A DNA stretch of 64,000 nucleotides from a virus: positions 32,001 through 96,000 of the IMG/VR virus record IMGVR_UViG_3300045972_000807, one strand, 5' to 3'. Below the pieces are notes generated by a model that saw only the letters and a list, made by a program, of their open reading frames with translations, was not told where the DNA came from and made no database searches. Below are positions 25,918 through 37,500 of this stretch, piece by piece. The position numbers and the translations under genes are program-made. Each line of letters begins with the position of its first letter. The stretch's first letter is position 1.

Positions 25918-28900
25918 TTAGTTAGTAGGGAACGCTGCGGTGGGTACTGCAAAGTCTGCGGTATACCGGCCAGTGCCCTTAGTTATACGCAGGTCATCAA
26001 TGTATCCAGCGTAGTAGTAAGTTCCTGTTCCAGCATTGTCGAATCCCACGGTAACGCCACTTGCACCTATCGTGTAGTTGGTTGTGTCTGCGTAAGAAGA
26101 TCCAACCTGAACACCGTTAACGTACATCTTAGTCACGCCGTTGACGCGGGACAGAGCGATGTGGTACCAAGTGTTTACTGCCAATACAGGGCCTGTGATA
26201 CGCGCTGCTGTGCTAACATAGTAGGTCAAGGTAGTACCTGAAGCCAGGTACAGCCAAGGGTACGTGCCGTTAGCACCCGCTGGGCGGAAGCCTAACAAGG
26301 TAGCAAACCCGTTAGCCAACGCGGTGGGATAAGTCCAGAACTCCATAGTGAAGTCACCAGTGCCCAAGGCAAGGTTGGCCGAGGAAGGTATCGTTGCGTA
26401 GTCGTTAGCCCCGCTAAGATAAAGCGATCCGTTACCAAACTTGCTGAAGCTGCTGACCTTAGCATTACCTGCCAGAACAACATCGTTAGCACCTGAGGTG
26501 TCTGTCGCCGCACCGTTGGTACCGCTAAGCAGCAACTTGGCATTACTAACCGCGGTTAGCGGGGTGGTAGAGGGCGTGAAGTTAGCTGGGTATTGAGCCG
26601 AGCCTTTAACGATACGCAGGTTGGAAATGTATCCGTTAAAGTAATAGGCTGGCGTAGTAACTACAGGGTCTGTCCTACCTACAGTGGCGCGATACGAGGC
26701 GGACCTAGTGCCAAAAGTGCTTATAGATCCTGACCCTGAAGCGATCCCGTTTATGTAGAAGGTTAAAACTCCGCCGCTAGCCACAAGAGCTATGTGATTC
26801 CACGTATTGACTGAGATAGTGGAAGTAGAACCTAACTGAGAAGCTGTATTACCTACCCCAGTGGCGTACTCAAAGTTAATAGCCCCTGTGGTAAGAATAC
26901 TTACGTCACACTGATGGTTTGCCCAGTTATTAGCCCCGCCGTCACTCAGGAAGACAATCTGTTGAATAGCAGCTAACGAGTTTGTATAAACCCAAGCTTC
27001 AATAGTGAAATCCCCAGCATTGAAGGTCGACAAAGAAGTTCCAGAGTTAGACGCAACTAAGTAATCTGTAGTTCCATTGAAGTAGATAGAGCCACCTTTT
27101 GTTTCGGCGTTGTTTCCAAACGGGCTAAACGTGCCTTGCGTTGGGTTACCTGTAGCTGTAACTGCCAAGGAGTTGGCGCTACTGTCAAGGAATACCTTGT
27201 TGGTAGACACATTCTGGGTAACGTTCTGGATGTCACCTTGTAACAACAAAGAGTTAAAGCTGAAGTACGGGTCAGTAGCACTGCTATCAGGCAATGCAGC
27301 TGTCGGTGCTGTAAAGTTGGCAGTGTACCGAGCTAGGCCGTTAGTGATTCGCAGATCGTCGATGTAGCCAGGAAAGTAGTTAAGTGCACTTGGACCGTAT
27401 CGACCTATAGTAGCCGAGCGTGCCGCGCTAGACGTATAGGTTGAGGTTGCGGTTGCGCTAGCTACACCATTAACGTACACTGTTACGGTGGTACCTACTT
27501 TGCACACAGCCACGTGTGACCAGGTATTCAAAGCAACTGTTGCCGAGCTTGTTATGTTTACCGTGCCGTCAAAGTAGCTAACCGTGTTAGCGGGCAGCAA
27601 CAAAAACTCATCCGTATTGGCAAAACTCACGATGCGTGATGTGCTGGCAGCTGTAGGATAGACCCATGCTTCAATCGTGAAGTTCCCACTGAAAGCTAAA
27701 CCCAGGCTTGGCGACGTTACTAGGTAGTCTGTGCTTCCGTTGAACTTCATAGCGCCTGTGCCGTACTTGACCACCGACGTTTGGGTGGCCGCACCGCTAA
27801 CGGTAACGATAGCGTTCTTACCAGTGCCATCCACAATGCCTGCGCCTACGCCGTTCAGCAAAAGAACCGTGTTGTTCACCGGAGCCAAGGGACCTGTGGG
27901 CACTGCAAAGTTGCTAGTGTACAAAGCTGTACCGTTAACAACTCGAACATTGCTAAGGTAACCGTTGACCAAGCCTGTGACGTCGTTCCGCATACCAATA
28001 TACATTACTGCATTTTGGCCTATCGTTGCAGCCACATTGCCAACGTAAACAGACACACCGTTAACAAAAGCGCGCAGGACGCTGCTTGAGCGAGACACGG
28101 CCAAGTGTGTCCATGTGTTGATTGGAATGTTGGCAGTAGTAGTGAGGTAACCCACTGCAGCGTAACCCCAAGCTATCTTGCCAGTTCCAGTCCCAGGAGT
28201 AATCAGGAACTGGTCACTAGAACCTGAACCGCCGGTGCAGACAATCTCCATGTCACCTGTAGTCTTAGGATAAATCCAAGCTTCAATAGTGTGGTCCCCA
28301 GCAAATATCCAGTTGCTGCTTGCAGGGGCAGTAAAGTAGTCTGTTGAGCCATTGAAGTACAGGGAGCCGCCGTGAACAGCCGGGTTGTAGGTTACGGACG
28401 AGAACGGAGAAAACGCCTGAATACTAGGAGTTCCCGAGGGAGTCAAAGTAAAGTTGCTGGCACTGTTATCCTTGAAACGGTTGCTCTGAAGAGCAAGTAC
28501 GCTTGTACCGGCTACAGCAGTCAAGGGACTTGTAGTAGGCGTGAATCCGGCCGAGTAGAGCGCTGTACCTTTTACAAGGCGGAAGTTGCTCATGTAACCT
28601 GTGAGGGGAGCCCAACCTGGAAATCCACCAAGGTTCAAAGGTTGTGAAACCGTATTGACTTCCATGGAGCTTGTATAGCCTGTTCCCGAAGCAAGAGTCT
28701 TGGACACACCGTCTATGAACAGCAACCAAGTTCCCGAAGACCGAACTACAGCAATGTGCTGCCATTTATTGGCAACTACGGCACCAGTAGGTCCTGAGAA
28801 GTAGTTGAACGCACCGCCGCCGTCAGAGCCTGCCAGTATGAAAGCACCGGTGGCGTCAACAGAAACGTACCATTGGAAGTTAGCCCAGCCACTACCCGAG

Positions 28901-31900
28901 CTGTTCTTCATGATGGGTTGGTATGCTGAGCTGACAGTGGAGTACTGCCACCATTCCATCGTGAAGTCGCCTGTACCCAGAGTGAGAGCGCTAGCTGAAG
29001 CTAAGGGCACAGTAACGTAGTCGGAACTTCCGTTAAACAGGCTGCTCCAGCTTGCTGTGGTGTACGGAGAGAACGTTGCTTGCGTAGGTGTGCCTACCCG
29101 GGTTATAGTGGCTGCGTTATAGCTGCTATCCACAACAAGGTTGTTGTTCATAGCCGGAGCTGAGTAGCTAGTGCCGTCAGCGTGCAGCAGCAAACTTACT
29201 TGATTGAAGTAAGGGTCTGCGGAACTGCTATCACCGAACGTCTGTACTGGCGGCACAAAGCCTGACCAGTAGCGTGCGTAGCCCTTGGTGAATCGGAAAT
29301 CGTCAATGTAGCCTTGGAACGCGTAGGTCGTGTCTGCCTGAGCACTACCCACAACAAAGGGCAGACTGTTGTCGTACACCGAGCCCGCCAGAGTAGCGCT
29401 TGCTCCCAAGGCACCGTTGACAAACAACGAGAAGGTATTACCCTTACGCGTCATCGCTACGTGTGCCCAGGTGTTGGCTACAAGGCTTATTGAACTCGAA
29501 AGGTTTATACCCCAGGTAGTTCCGTTAACCGATACAACCATAGCAGGGGCCAAAGGATTGAGAGTCAACTCGATGCCGTAGCCATTTACCGTCTTCTTAG
29601 CCCACACACCGCAGGGGTTGATAGTTCCAGGAGTGTTGATCCAGCACTCCACCGTGAAGTCACCGCTGCCGAAGACCAGGTTGGGGTTATGCGGGATGGT
29701 AAGGTAGTCTGTTGTACCGTTGAAGTACATGGACTTACTACCAAACTTTTTCTGGACAGTAGAGGTACGCGCACCCGCGATGGTGTTAACATCGTTCTTA
29801 CCAGTAGCGTCCACAATAGCCAGGTTAGCGCTAGTCAACAGCAGCGCGGTGTTGGCATTGGTGGTCAACGGTGTAGTAGGCACGGCGAAGCTGCCTGTGT
29901 ACCGTGCAACACCCTTGGTGATACGCACTTCGTCGATGTAGCCTGTGAAGTATTGCGAGCCCGTGCCCGTAGCGTAGTAGCCTATTCCAGCTACAGTGTT
30001 ATCGACCAGAGAGTTAGCCCAGGCAACGCTGCTATCTTTGTATCCGTTAAGATACACTGACACAACACCGCTTGTCTTAACCACAGCCAAGTGAGTCCAA
30101 GCATTCAGGGCAAGGATACCTGTAGTGGTAAGCTTCTGTGCTGTCGTGTCTGCCAAGTAAACTGTGCCGGTTGTGTTAACCGTTATCTGGATACCGGACG
30201 TAGACCCGCCCAGCACCATAGCGTACAGCGTACCCACAGTCCGTCCTGTAGGGTAAACCCACATTTCAATCGTGAAGTCACCAGTATTAAATACCAGTGC
30301 GGTGTTAGCCGGCATGTAAAAGCCGTCTGTAGTTCCGTTGAACTGCATTGAAGCACTGCCAAACTTAGATACAGCAGTGCTTAGTTTAGCACCACTGGTG
30401 GTCAACAGAACGTTCTTGCCCGTGTTGTCTACAATACCCGCGTTGGTTCCGCTCAGCAAAAACGACGTATTGGTAATTGCGGTCAGCGGTGCAGTGCTAG
30501 GAACAAAGCTAGTCGTGTAGACAGCAGACTTAACTATCCGAAGGTTGCTAAGGTAACCAGGGTAAAGCTGACCACCGGCACCTTGCGCGCCTACGTACAG
30601 TGTACCGCTGAAAGCGTCAGCCGTGTTGTAGCTGATTTGAGTAACGTTAACGCCGTTAACGTAAAGCACGCAGTTGTTAGTGCCAGTGCCTTGACGGACA
30701 ATTGCAATATGGTTCCAGGAATTTACAGGCAGGTAAGAGCTTGTAGCCAAAAGCAAGCTACCGTTTATAACAAAGGCTACTCCGGATGTTCCCGTGCCCC
30801 GGTTAACCAAAATAGCCCAACCGCTTCCCGAACCTGCGTAAGTGCCGGCGACCTGATACCCGTAAGTCGTGCTAGCACCGCTGGTATTAACCCAGCACTC
30901 CAGCGTGAAGTCACCTGCGCCAAGCATAACATTGGTGCTTGCAGGTACGGTCAAGTAGTCGGATGTTCCGTTGAAGTACAGGGAGCCACCGTTGACTGAA
31001 GAGTTGTAGGAACTGCTAACAGGGAACGGTGAACCTTGCTGCACGCTGGGAGAGCCGGTAACAGTGATAGCCAGGTTGTTTGCACTGTTGTCTTTGAAGC
31101 GTGAGCTTTGGAACAACAAAGCACCTGTGCCTGATACTGCGGTTAGCGCAGAAGTAGGAGGTGCAAAGTTGGTTGTGTAAAGCGCAGTGCCTTTCAGGAC
31201 ACGGGCGTTAGACACGCTAATGCCGGTACCGTTGAACGTAGCACCGCCTGAAGTCCAATAGCCAGAGTAAACACCAAAAGTAGTGTCTGATATTGCACCA
31301 GCAGTCGTAGCTGACCCGCCTAGCACTCCGTTGTAGAAGGCTCGAACTGTGTTACCTTGCCGGGTTATAGCAAAATGATTCCAGGTGTTATAGGAAATAG
31401 TACCTATGGTCGTGTTCATTACGTCCCAAGTGCTACCGGTTGTAGAGATATAGACGTTTACGCTTCCGGAGCTTACCGCAATAAGCCAGCTATATCCGTT
31501 CTTGGAAAGGACGGCTACGTTAGCCGGAACTGTTGTGGGCACATAAGCCCAGCACTCAATAGTGAAGTCGCCTGTACCAACCTGGGTAGCTGCTGTGTTG
31601 GCTGTGCTAACGTAGTCCGATGCTGTCGGGAAGTTAACGTTCCAGCCAGAATTGCTAAACGGGCTCTTAGAACCTTGGCTAGGGCTACCGACCTTGGTCA
31701 GCGTAAGGTTGTTGGCACTTGAGTCTACAAACACGTTGTTTTGAGCCGCATTAGCGCCGTCAGCGTGCAGCAACAGGGAGTCGTACTGGAAGTACGGGTC
31801 GGTTGAAGACACGTCTGGGAACTGAGCGTAAGGCACTGACAGTGCAGTGTAGAGGGCACTACGCGACACCCGCACGTTAGCCAAGTAACCGTTAAGATAG

Positions 31901-34407
31901 AACGGTGTGGACATTACGCCCATTGAGATACCGTTCTGACCCAAGGTGTAGTTGTTACCGGATGAGCCTCCGGTCATCACTCCGGCAACGCCGTTAACAA
32001 AAAGGCTGGTAACACCAGAGGACCTAACAGCTGCTACGTGGTACCACTGACCGGTTGATGGAGTCCAGGGCATCGAAGCGTTGTACGATCCGCTGCTGTG
32101 CGTACCAAAGTTTAAAGTGCTAGTATGCAGCGCAAGGAACCATTTGTCCACTGAGCTAGAGCCAGGTACATCGCTTTGGCAGATAGGTACATAGGTACCA
32201 GCCACAGAGTTGAAGTAAACCCATGCTTCTACCGTAAAGTCGCCGGTACCGAAGGCAAGTGTGGCCGAGGCTTGTGCTGAAACGTAATCGGTTGTACCGT
32301 TAAAGTACATCGAACCGCCGTTGGTCAAAGGCGCCCAAGCAGCTGAGGGCTCGAAGGGAGACACAGCTTGGACGCTAGGCGTACCGCTTATCGTAATAGC
32401 TTGTGACAGAGTGCTGTTGTCAGCATGCTTGTTGCCTTGGCACATCAGCAAGCTAGTACCAGGCACTGCGGTCAAGGGTACTGTGATAGGCGCAAAGTTT
32501 ACTGAGTACAACGAGATGCCCTTGGTAACACGAGCATTGCTAACGTAACCTGGGAACCATTGTGCTGCAGCCGGAATAGAACCAACGTTGGTCACCGCAA
32601 CGCTGTAGTTGGTTGCATCCATAGAGCTAGCTGTAAGCACACCGTTGATAAAAATCTTGGACACGCCACTAGCTCGGGTAACCACAATGTGGTACCAGGT
32701 GTTTAGTGCAAACGCGTAGGTAGCCGTAACCGTAGCAGCAGAGCCGTACGGGTTAAGAGTAACCGTAGTACCTGTGTTAAGGTTTACTACGGGAGCTCCG
32801 GCTGATACGCCGCCCATAAAGCTGTTGTTGGCTGCAAAGGACACTGGGTTAACCCAGGCTTCCATTGTGAAGTCGCCTGTGCCAAATACCAATGCCTGAG
32901 TAGTAGGAACTGCAAGGGAATCCGTAGTTCCATTGAAGTAGGTGCTCCAGCCTGACTGAGAGAAAGGAGAGAAGGTGCCTTGAGTTGGCGTGCCGGTCTT
33001 GGCTATTGACAAGTCGCTACCGCTAATGTCCAAGAACCCAGCGTTACCTGCAGGGCCCGAGCCTTGCAGCGTGAGCATCGAGGTATTGGTAACAACCGTA
33101 ATGGGAGAAGTGGGTGGCGTAAAAGCCGTGGTGTACATGGCTGTGCCATTTACCAGCCTAACGTTGCTAAGGTATCCGAAAAAGTAGCCGGCCGTGGCAG
33201 CGTTCACGCCAATTCGGCATGCTGTGTCTGTGTAGTTGGCAGAGGCTACAGCAGCGGCTACGCTAACGCCGTCAAGGTAAGCTGTAATCGTACCGCCCGA
33301 CCGAACATAAGCGAAATGATGCCAGGCATTGAGAGACGGGCTAGTAGATGAGGCAAATATAGCCGCACCGCCCGACCATGCTGACAAACCGCCAGTAGAG
33401 GGGCTAAGGTAGAAGCCGATACCAGTGGCATTGCCGTTTGTAGTTCTTTGATCCAGCAGTGTGCTGGTTGCAGCGCTGGGGTAAGCACTAATGTTGAACC
33501 AGCCTTCAACCGTGAAGTTGCCTGCCAGTTGGAATTGGCTATTTGCTGGGGCCATCATGTAGTCGGTTGTGCCGTTGAAGAACGCCGAGGCCGAGCTAGG
33601 TGTGTAAGAGAACGGGGACTTGGGTTGAACCTTCGGGGTACCGGTAACCGTTACTGCAAAGTTGTTTGTGCTGCTGTCTTTGAACTGAGGTGCTTGGCAT
33701 GTAAGCAGAACAGTATCTGTAGTAGTGGTTAGTGGCGTAGTAGGCGGTGTGAACGTGCTTGTATAGACAGCAGTTCCCTTCACAATTCGGAAGTTGGACA
33801 GGAATCCGGAAAGAAAGTTTCCACCGTAGCTGTTATTACCGATACGCGTTGTGTAGTTTGTAGAGTAGCTTGTAGCGTCAGTACCGCTAGTGTCAAGAAC
33901 TCCGTCTACCCACAACTTTATAGTCCCAGATTGGCGGGTAACCGCGCAGTGGTGCCATAAGTTATTTGCAATAACGGTTGTACCGGAAAGACCGGTGGGG
34001 CCCCAACGAAGAACGGGACTTGAAGTTCCAAGTGCCACGTAAGGATAAGACGAAACCGTACTAGCCCGGTTATCGTAGATAAAAGTATTCAGTTGTGCTG
34101 GAGCATTTAGCCAAAACTCAATCGTAAAATCTCCTGACCCAATAGCCAAGTTTGTATTGGCGGGTAAGGACAGATAGTCTGTACTGCCGTTAAACAGAGT
34201 GCTGTAGTTATTCCCGTCAAAAGGAGAGAACTGGTCATTGTGAACAGAACCAAAAGGTGCAATGTTCAGGTTGTTGGTGCTTGCATCTGCATTGAAAGGC
34301 GTAGCAGATGTTTCACCGTTGAGCAACAGGCTGGTGTAGCCGAAGTAGGAGTCCAGAATGGCTTGGACAGAAGCTGAAGTGCGTGAACGACGGAGGTAAC
34401 GGAACAT
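25918..34407 (-). CDS. giant multi-LamG/ConA-like lectin repeat protein B (2829 aa, 13 modules), putative adhesin/fibre
   Basis: 13 repeats of F(N)G..DY...DFT.E.W...W.H.A..R......NG...GY.SN/DD.R..G.A.YT. Confidence 0.9.
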   Translation of the reverse strand: MFRYLRRSRTSASVQAILDSYFGYTSLLLNGETSATPFNADASTNNLNIAPFGSVHNDQFSPFDGNNYSTLFNGSTDYLSLPANTNLAIGSGDFTIEFWLNAPAQLNTFIYDNRASTVSSYPYVALGTSSPVLRWGPTGLSGTTVIANNLWHHCAVTRQSGTIKLWVDGVLDTSGTDATSYSTNYTTRIGNNSYGGNFLSGFLSNFRIVKGTAVYTSTFTPPTTPLTTTTDTVLLTCQAPQFKDSSTNNFAVTVTGTPKVQPKSPFSYTPSSASAFFNGTTDYMMAPANSQFQLAGNFTVEGWFNISAYPSAATSTLLDQRTTNGNATGIGFYLSPSTGGLSAWSGGAAIFASSTSPSLNAWHHFAYVRSGGTITAYLDGVSVAAAVASANYTDTACRIGVNAATAGYFFGYLSNVRLVNGTAMYTTAFTPPTSPITVVTNTSMLTLQGSGPAGNAGFLDISGSDLSIAKTGTPTQGTFSPFSQSGWSTYFNGTTDSLAVPTTQALVFGTGDFTMEAWVNPVSFAANNSFMGGVSAGAPVVNLNTGTTVTLNPYGSAATVTATYAFALNTWYHIVVTRASGVSKIFINGVLTASSMDATNYSVAVTNVGSIPAAAQWFPGYVSNARVTKGISLYSVNFAPITVPLTAVPGTSLLMCQGNKHADNSTLSQAITISGTPSVQAVSPFEPSAAWAPLTNGGSMYFNGTTDYVSAQASATLAFGTGDFTVEAWVYFNSVAGTYVPICQSDVPGSSSVDKWFLALHTSTLNFGTHSSGSYNASMPWTPSTGQWYHVAAVRSSGVTSLFVNGVAGVMTGGSSGNNYTLGQNGISMGVMSTPFYLNGYLANVRVSRSALYTALSVPYAQFPDVSSTDPYFQYDSLLLHADGANAAQNNVFVDSSANNLTLTKVGSPSQGSKSPFSNSGWNVNFPTASDYVSTANTAATQVGTGDFTIECWAYVPTTVPANVAVLSKNGYSWLIAVSSGSVNVYISTTGSTWDVMNTTIGTISYNTWNHFAITRQGNTVRAFYNGVLGGSATTAGAISDTTFGVYSGYWTSGGATFNGTGISVSNARVLKGTALYTTNFAPPTSALTAVSGTGALLFQSSRFKDNSANNLAITVTGSPSVQQGSPFPVSSSYNSSVNGGSLYFNGTSDYLTVPASTNVMLGAGDFTLECWVNTSGASTTYGYQVAGTYAGSGSGWAILVNRGTGTSGVAFVINGSLLLATSSYLPVNSWNHIAIVRQGTGTNNCVLYVNGVNVTQISYNTADAFSGTLYVGAQGAGGQLYPGYLSNLRIVKSAVYTTSFVPSTAPLTAITNTSFLLSGTNAGIVDNTGKNVLLTTSGAKLSTAVSKFGSASMQFNGTTDGFYMPANTALVFNTGDFTIEMWVYPTGRTVGTLYAMVLGGSTSGIQITVNTTGTVYLADTTAQKLTTTGILALNAWTHLAVVKTSGVVSVYLNGYKDSSVAWANSLVDNTVAGIGYYATGTGSQYFTGYIDEVRITKGVARYTGSFAVPTTPLTTNANTALLLTSANLAIVDATGKNDVNTIAGARTSTVQKKFGSKSMYFNGTTDYLTIPHNPNLVFGSGDFTVECWINTPGTINPCGVWAKKTVNGYGIELTLNPLAPAMVVSVNGTTWGINLSSSISLVANTWAHVAMTRKGNTFSLFVNGALGASATLAGSVYDNSLPFVVGSAQADTTYAFQGYIDDFRFTKGYARYWSGFVPPVQTFGDSSSADPYFNQVSLLLHADGTSYSAPAMNNNLVVDSSYNAATITRVGTPTQATFSPYTTASWSSLFNGSSDYVTVPLASASALTLGTGDFTMEWWQYSTVSSAYQPIMKNSSGSGWANFQWYVSVDATGAFILAGSDGGGAFNYFSGPTGAVVANKWQHIAVVRSSGTWLLFIDGVSKTLASGTGYTSSMEVNTVSQPLNLGGFPGWAPLTGYMSNFRLVKGTALYSAGFTPTTSPLTAVAGTSVLALQSNRFKDNSASNFTLTPSGTPSIQAFSPFSSVTYNPAVHGGSLYFNGSTDYFTAPASSNWIFAGDHTIEAWIYPKTTGDMEIVCTGGSGSSDQFLITPGTGTGKIAWGYAAVGYLTTTANIPINTWTHLAVSRSSSVLRAFVNGVSVYVGNVAATIGQNAVMYIGMRNDVTGLVNGYLSNVRVVNGTALYTSNFAVPTGPLAPVNNTVLLLNGVGAGIVDGTGKNAIVTVSGAATQTSVVKYGTGAMKFNGSTDYLVTSPSLGLAFSGNFTIEAWVYPTAASTSRIVSFANTDEFLLLPANTVSYFDGTVNITSSATVALNTWSHVAVCKVGTTVTVYVNGVASATATSTYTSSAARSATIGRYGPSALNYFPGYIDDLRITNGLARYTANFTAPTAALPDSSATDPYFSFNSLLLQGDIQNVTQNVSTNKVFLDSSANSLAVTATGNPTQGTFSPFGNNAETKGGSIYFNGTTDYLVASNSGTSLSTFNAGDFTIEAWVYTNSLAAIQQIVFLSDGGANNWANHQCDVSILTTGAINFEYATGVGNTASQLGSTSTISVNTWNHIALVASGGVLTFYINGIASGSGSISTFGTRSASYRATVGRTDPVVTTPAYYFNGYISNLRIVKGSAQYPANFTPSTTPLTAVSNAKLLLSGTNGAATDTSGANDVVLAGNAKVSSFSKFGNGSLYLSGANDYATIPSSANLALGTGDFTMEFWTYPTALANGFATLLGFRPAGANGTYPWLYLASGTTLTYYVSTAARITGPVLAVNTWYHIALSRVNGVTKMYVNGVQVGSSYADTTNYTIGASGVTVGFDNAGTGTYYYAGYIDDLRITKGTGRYTADFAVPTAAFPTN

Positions 34408-34440
34408 AGTAATCTCACTTGTGTTGTTAAAGATGGAGAA

Positions 34441-34494
34441 ACGTGCATTGCGGCACGTAATGAAATTGAGAAGGGCCCAATTTCTGGGCCCTTC
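34441..34494 (-). terminator. two tandem hairpins between the giant lectin genes
   Basis: GAAGGGCCCA/TGGGCCCTTC at 34470-34494 and ACGTGC/GCACGT at 34441-34458, the latter followed by TTCTCCATCTTT on the minus strand. Confidence 0.6.
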
Positions 34495-34505
34495 ATTGCC
34501 TTTGC

Positions 34506-37500
34506 TTAGTTAGTCGGGAACGCCGCTGTTGGTACAGCGAAGTTACCAGTGTAACGACACACGCCCTTAGTTATACGCAGATCGTCAATGTAGCCATTGA
34601 CAAATCGGCTAGTACCAAGCCAGGCTCCAATGTATCCCTTCCAAGTTGCGGCCCAGTTAACGTAGGCGGTACCTGCGTTTCCGGTAGCTACCAACACGCC
34701 GTTGCGGAACAGTCGAGATGTAGTTCCGTTACGAGTATAAGCCCAATGTATCCAAGCACCTGCAGTAATTGCTACCGGGTCAGTAACCGACCCATAGCTA
34801 GTAGTACCGCTGATGAAGGTGGAAGTCATTACGTTGTTACTAGCTATCTCGATAACAAGACCTTCATCGCCTTGACCAGCAACCGACGTATTGGAGATAC
34901 TGAACACCCGGGTGTAAGCACTTGGTAGTGCATTCAGGTACATCCAGAACTCTATAGTGAAGTCACCTGCACCTAACTGTAGCGTCTGCTGAGGTGGCAG
35001 TACGGCGTAGTCTGTCGAGCCGTTAAGCGCAATAGAACCGCTGCCAACCTTGCTGAAGCTACTGACCTGTGCGTTACCGTAGAGCACCACATCGTTGTTA
35101 CCTGCTGTATCCGAGACACCGCTTGTTTTACCAAGCAGTAACAGCTGAGTATTGGTAACAGCCGTAAGCTGAGCAGTAGGCGGCGTAAACGCCGAGGTGT
35201 AGACCGCAGTGCCCTTAATAACCCGCAGGTTGCTAATATAACCCGGGAAAGTATCTGTAGAAGGAGTTCCGTAGATGGAACCTACTCCAAAGAATGTTCC
35301 CGTATAGTTGGTTCCGTCGGGAGTCGAAAGACCAAGAATACCGTTGATGTAAAGTTTTATTACAGACGAGGCTTTGACAACCGCAAAGTGTATCCACTGA
35401 TTTAGCACCGGTGTCACAGCCGCAATACCGGTAGTGGTGTAGTTCCCGTTATTTGAGTAAATCTGCCATGCCGTAGACCCTGTTGTACCGAAGGCAACGC
35501 TGTTTACTGTAGAACTTGGGAAGTTGGAAGTACCTTGTTGGAATACACCGTTAGCCGTAGAGTTAAAGCTGGTCATGTACACCCAGCCTTCAATCGTAAA
35601 GTCTCCAGTTCCAAATGCGTACGCTGAACTAGCTGCAGACGTAATGTAGTCCGTCGTGCCGTTGAAGTACAAGGACGCGCCATGTGTATCTGCAGAGTAA
35701 ACCGAGTTAACGGCAAACGTAGACTTAGCTTGAACGCTAGGAGCCCCAGATACCGTAAACAAAGCAGCGATCGTACTGTTATCCTTGATCCTGCTATCCT
35801 GGAAGGCCAAAAAGGACGTTCCACTTATTGCGGTAAGCTTAGCAGTAGGCACGCTAAAGTTGGTGGTGTAAACCGCAGTGCCCTTGACGATACGCATGTT
35901 GCTCAGGTTCCAGTTAGGATTACCTGCGTAGGACAAGTTCTGCTGATACACGCCTACAGCCAGAGCGTTGCCTGCCGCTGCCGATACTGCGGTTTGGGCT
36001 CCGCCGTAGTTTATACCGTTGAGGTAGAAGTACAGTGAGGCGCCTGACTTGACCACAGCTACATGGTGCCATACACCCAGTGGCATCTGGGTAGGACTAA
36101 TCCCGGATACAGTAACCGTAGTGCCTGTACCAGCGGTATAGCTAGTGAAAGCTATTCCAGATACGGTATTAACACCGTTGATGGATATTAGCCACCCACC
36201 GCCGCCTGTAAAGGTTCCAACCAGCTGATTGGCTGTGCTTCCCATTGCGTTGTACGCAGTGAAGTTAATCCAGCACTCTACCGTGAAGTCCCCACCAACA
36301 ATGTCGTAGGCCGTATTAGCCGGAGTTGTAACGTACTGGGAGCTATTAAAGTTGGTGCTCCAACCATTGTTGCTGAACGGGCTAAAGGCGCCTTGCGAAG
36401 GTGCACCGCCTGAAGTTATGGCAAAGTTGTTGGCACTGGAGTCCACAAACACGTTGTTCTTGGCTACTGTACGAGTAACGTTCTGAACATTGGTGTTAAG
36501 CAACACAGATACTTGGTTGAAGTACGAGTCAGCATCTGATGCGTTAGGCAATGCTGCGGCAGGCGGAGTGAAAGCTCCAGTGTACCTAGCAACGCCCTTG
36601 GTGAATCGGAAGTCGCTAATGTAACCTTGGAACAGGTTACCGCCTGCGTTGATTGCCCCAATGGCGGGAGCATAGGTAGTCGCACCTGCATTGATAGAGG
36701 CAGAGGCTGGTAAACCGGTAGACCCAACTAAACTTCCGTTCAGATAAGTTTTCCAAGTATTTCCGCTGCGAACATACGCCACATGACTCCACTGGTTAGC
36801 CGGTGGGTTAGGACTTGTAGCTACGTAAGGTGTTGCCCCAATATAGACGTCGCAAGTCGCAGTAGTTGCTGATATGTAGCAGCAGAAGGATGAACCAGCT
36901 GCCGTAGTACCGTCAGCTTGAGATCCATAGATAGCTTGTGTGCCTGACTGTTTAGTTGGGTAGACCCATGCCTCAATCGTGAAGTCTAAGGTACCAACCG
37001 AAAGGTGGGGCTGTCCCGTCTGAAGTCTGAGGAAGTCATTTGTGCCGTTGAAGCTAATAGCCCCAGTGCCATACTTGACCACCGAAGACTGGATAGCCGC
37101 ACCGCTAACAGTAATCACATCGTTCTTACCAGTGCCATCCACAATGCCTGCGCCAACGCCATTCAACAGCCATGCGGTGTTACCCGTTACAGCCAATGGT
37201 GCGGTAGGTGGTGTGAACGCCGCCGTGTAGAGCGCTGTTCCCTTGATTACGCGAACGTTGCTAACGTAGCCCGTTCCAGAAGAGCCGACAATACGGTTGG
37301 TCAGAGCGGTGTGGTTATAGGTATTGTTATTGAAGTCAATCAGGACTCCGTTAATAAACCTATACAGTACACCGTTGCTGCGAGATACAGCTAAGTGTAC
37401 CCACTGGTTGGACGGAACAGACCCAGCTGAGTAGATGTTGGCCCCACCTTCTTGCCAGTAAAACCCATTTAAGTAGGTCAAAAATCCCCAGGTGTTGGTA

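Noticed and set aside
34390-34407. Twin-arginine (Tat) signal in the MFRYLRR leaders
   Set aside because: There is no RRxFLK-like context and no following hydrophobic h-region.
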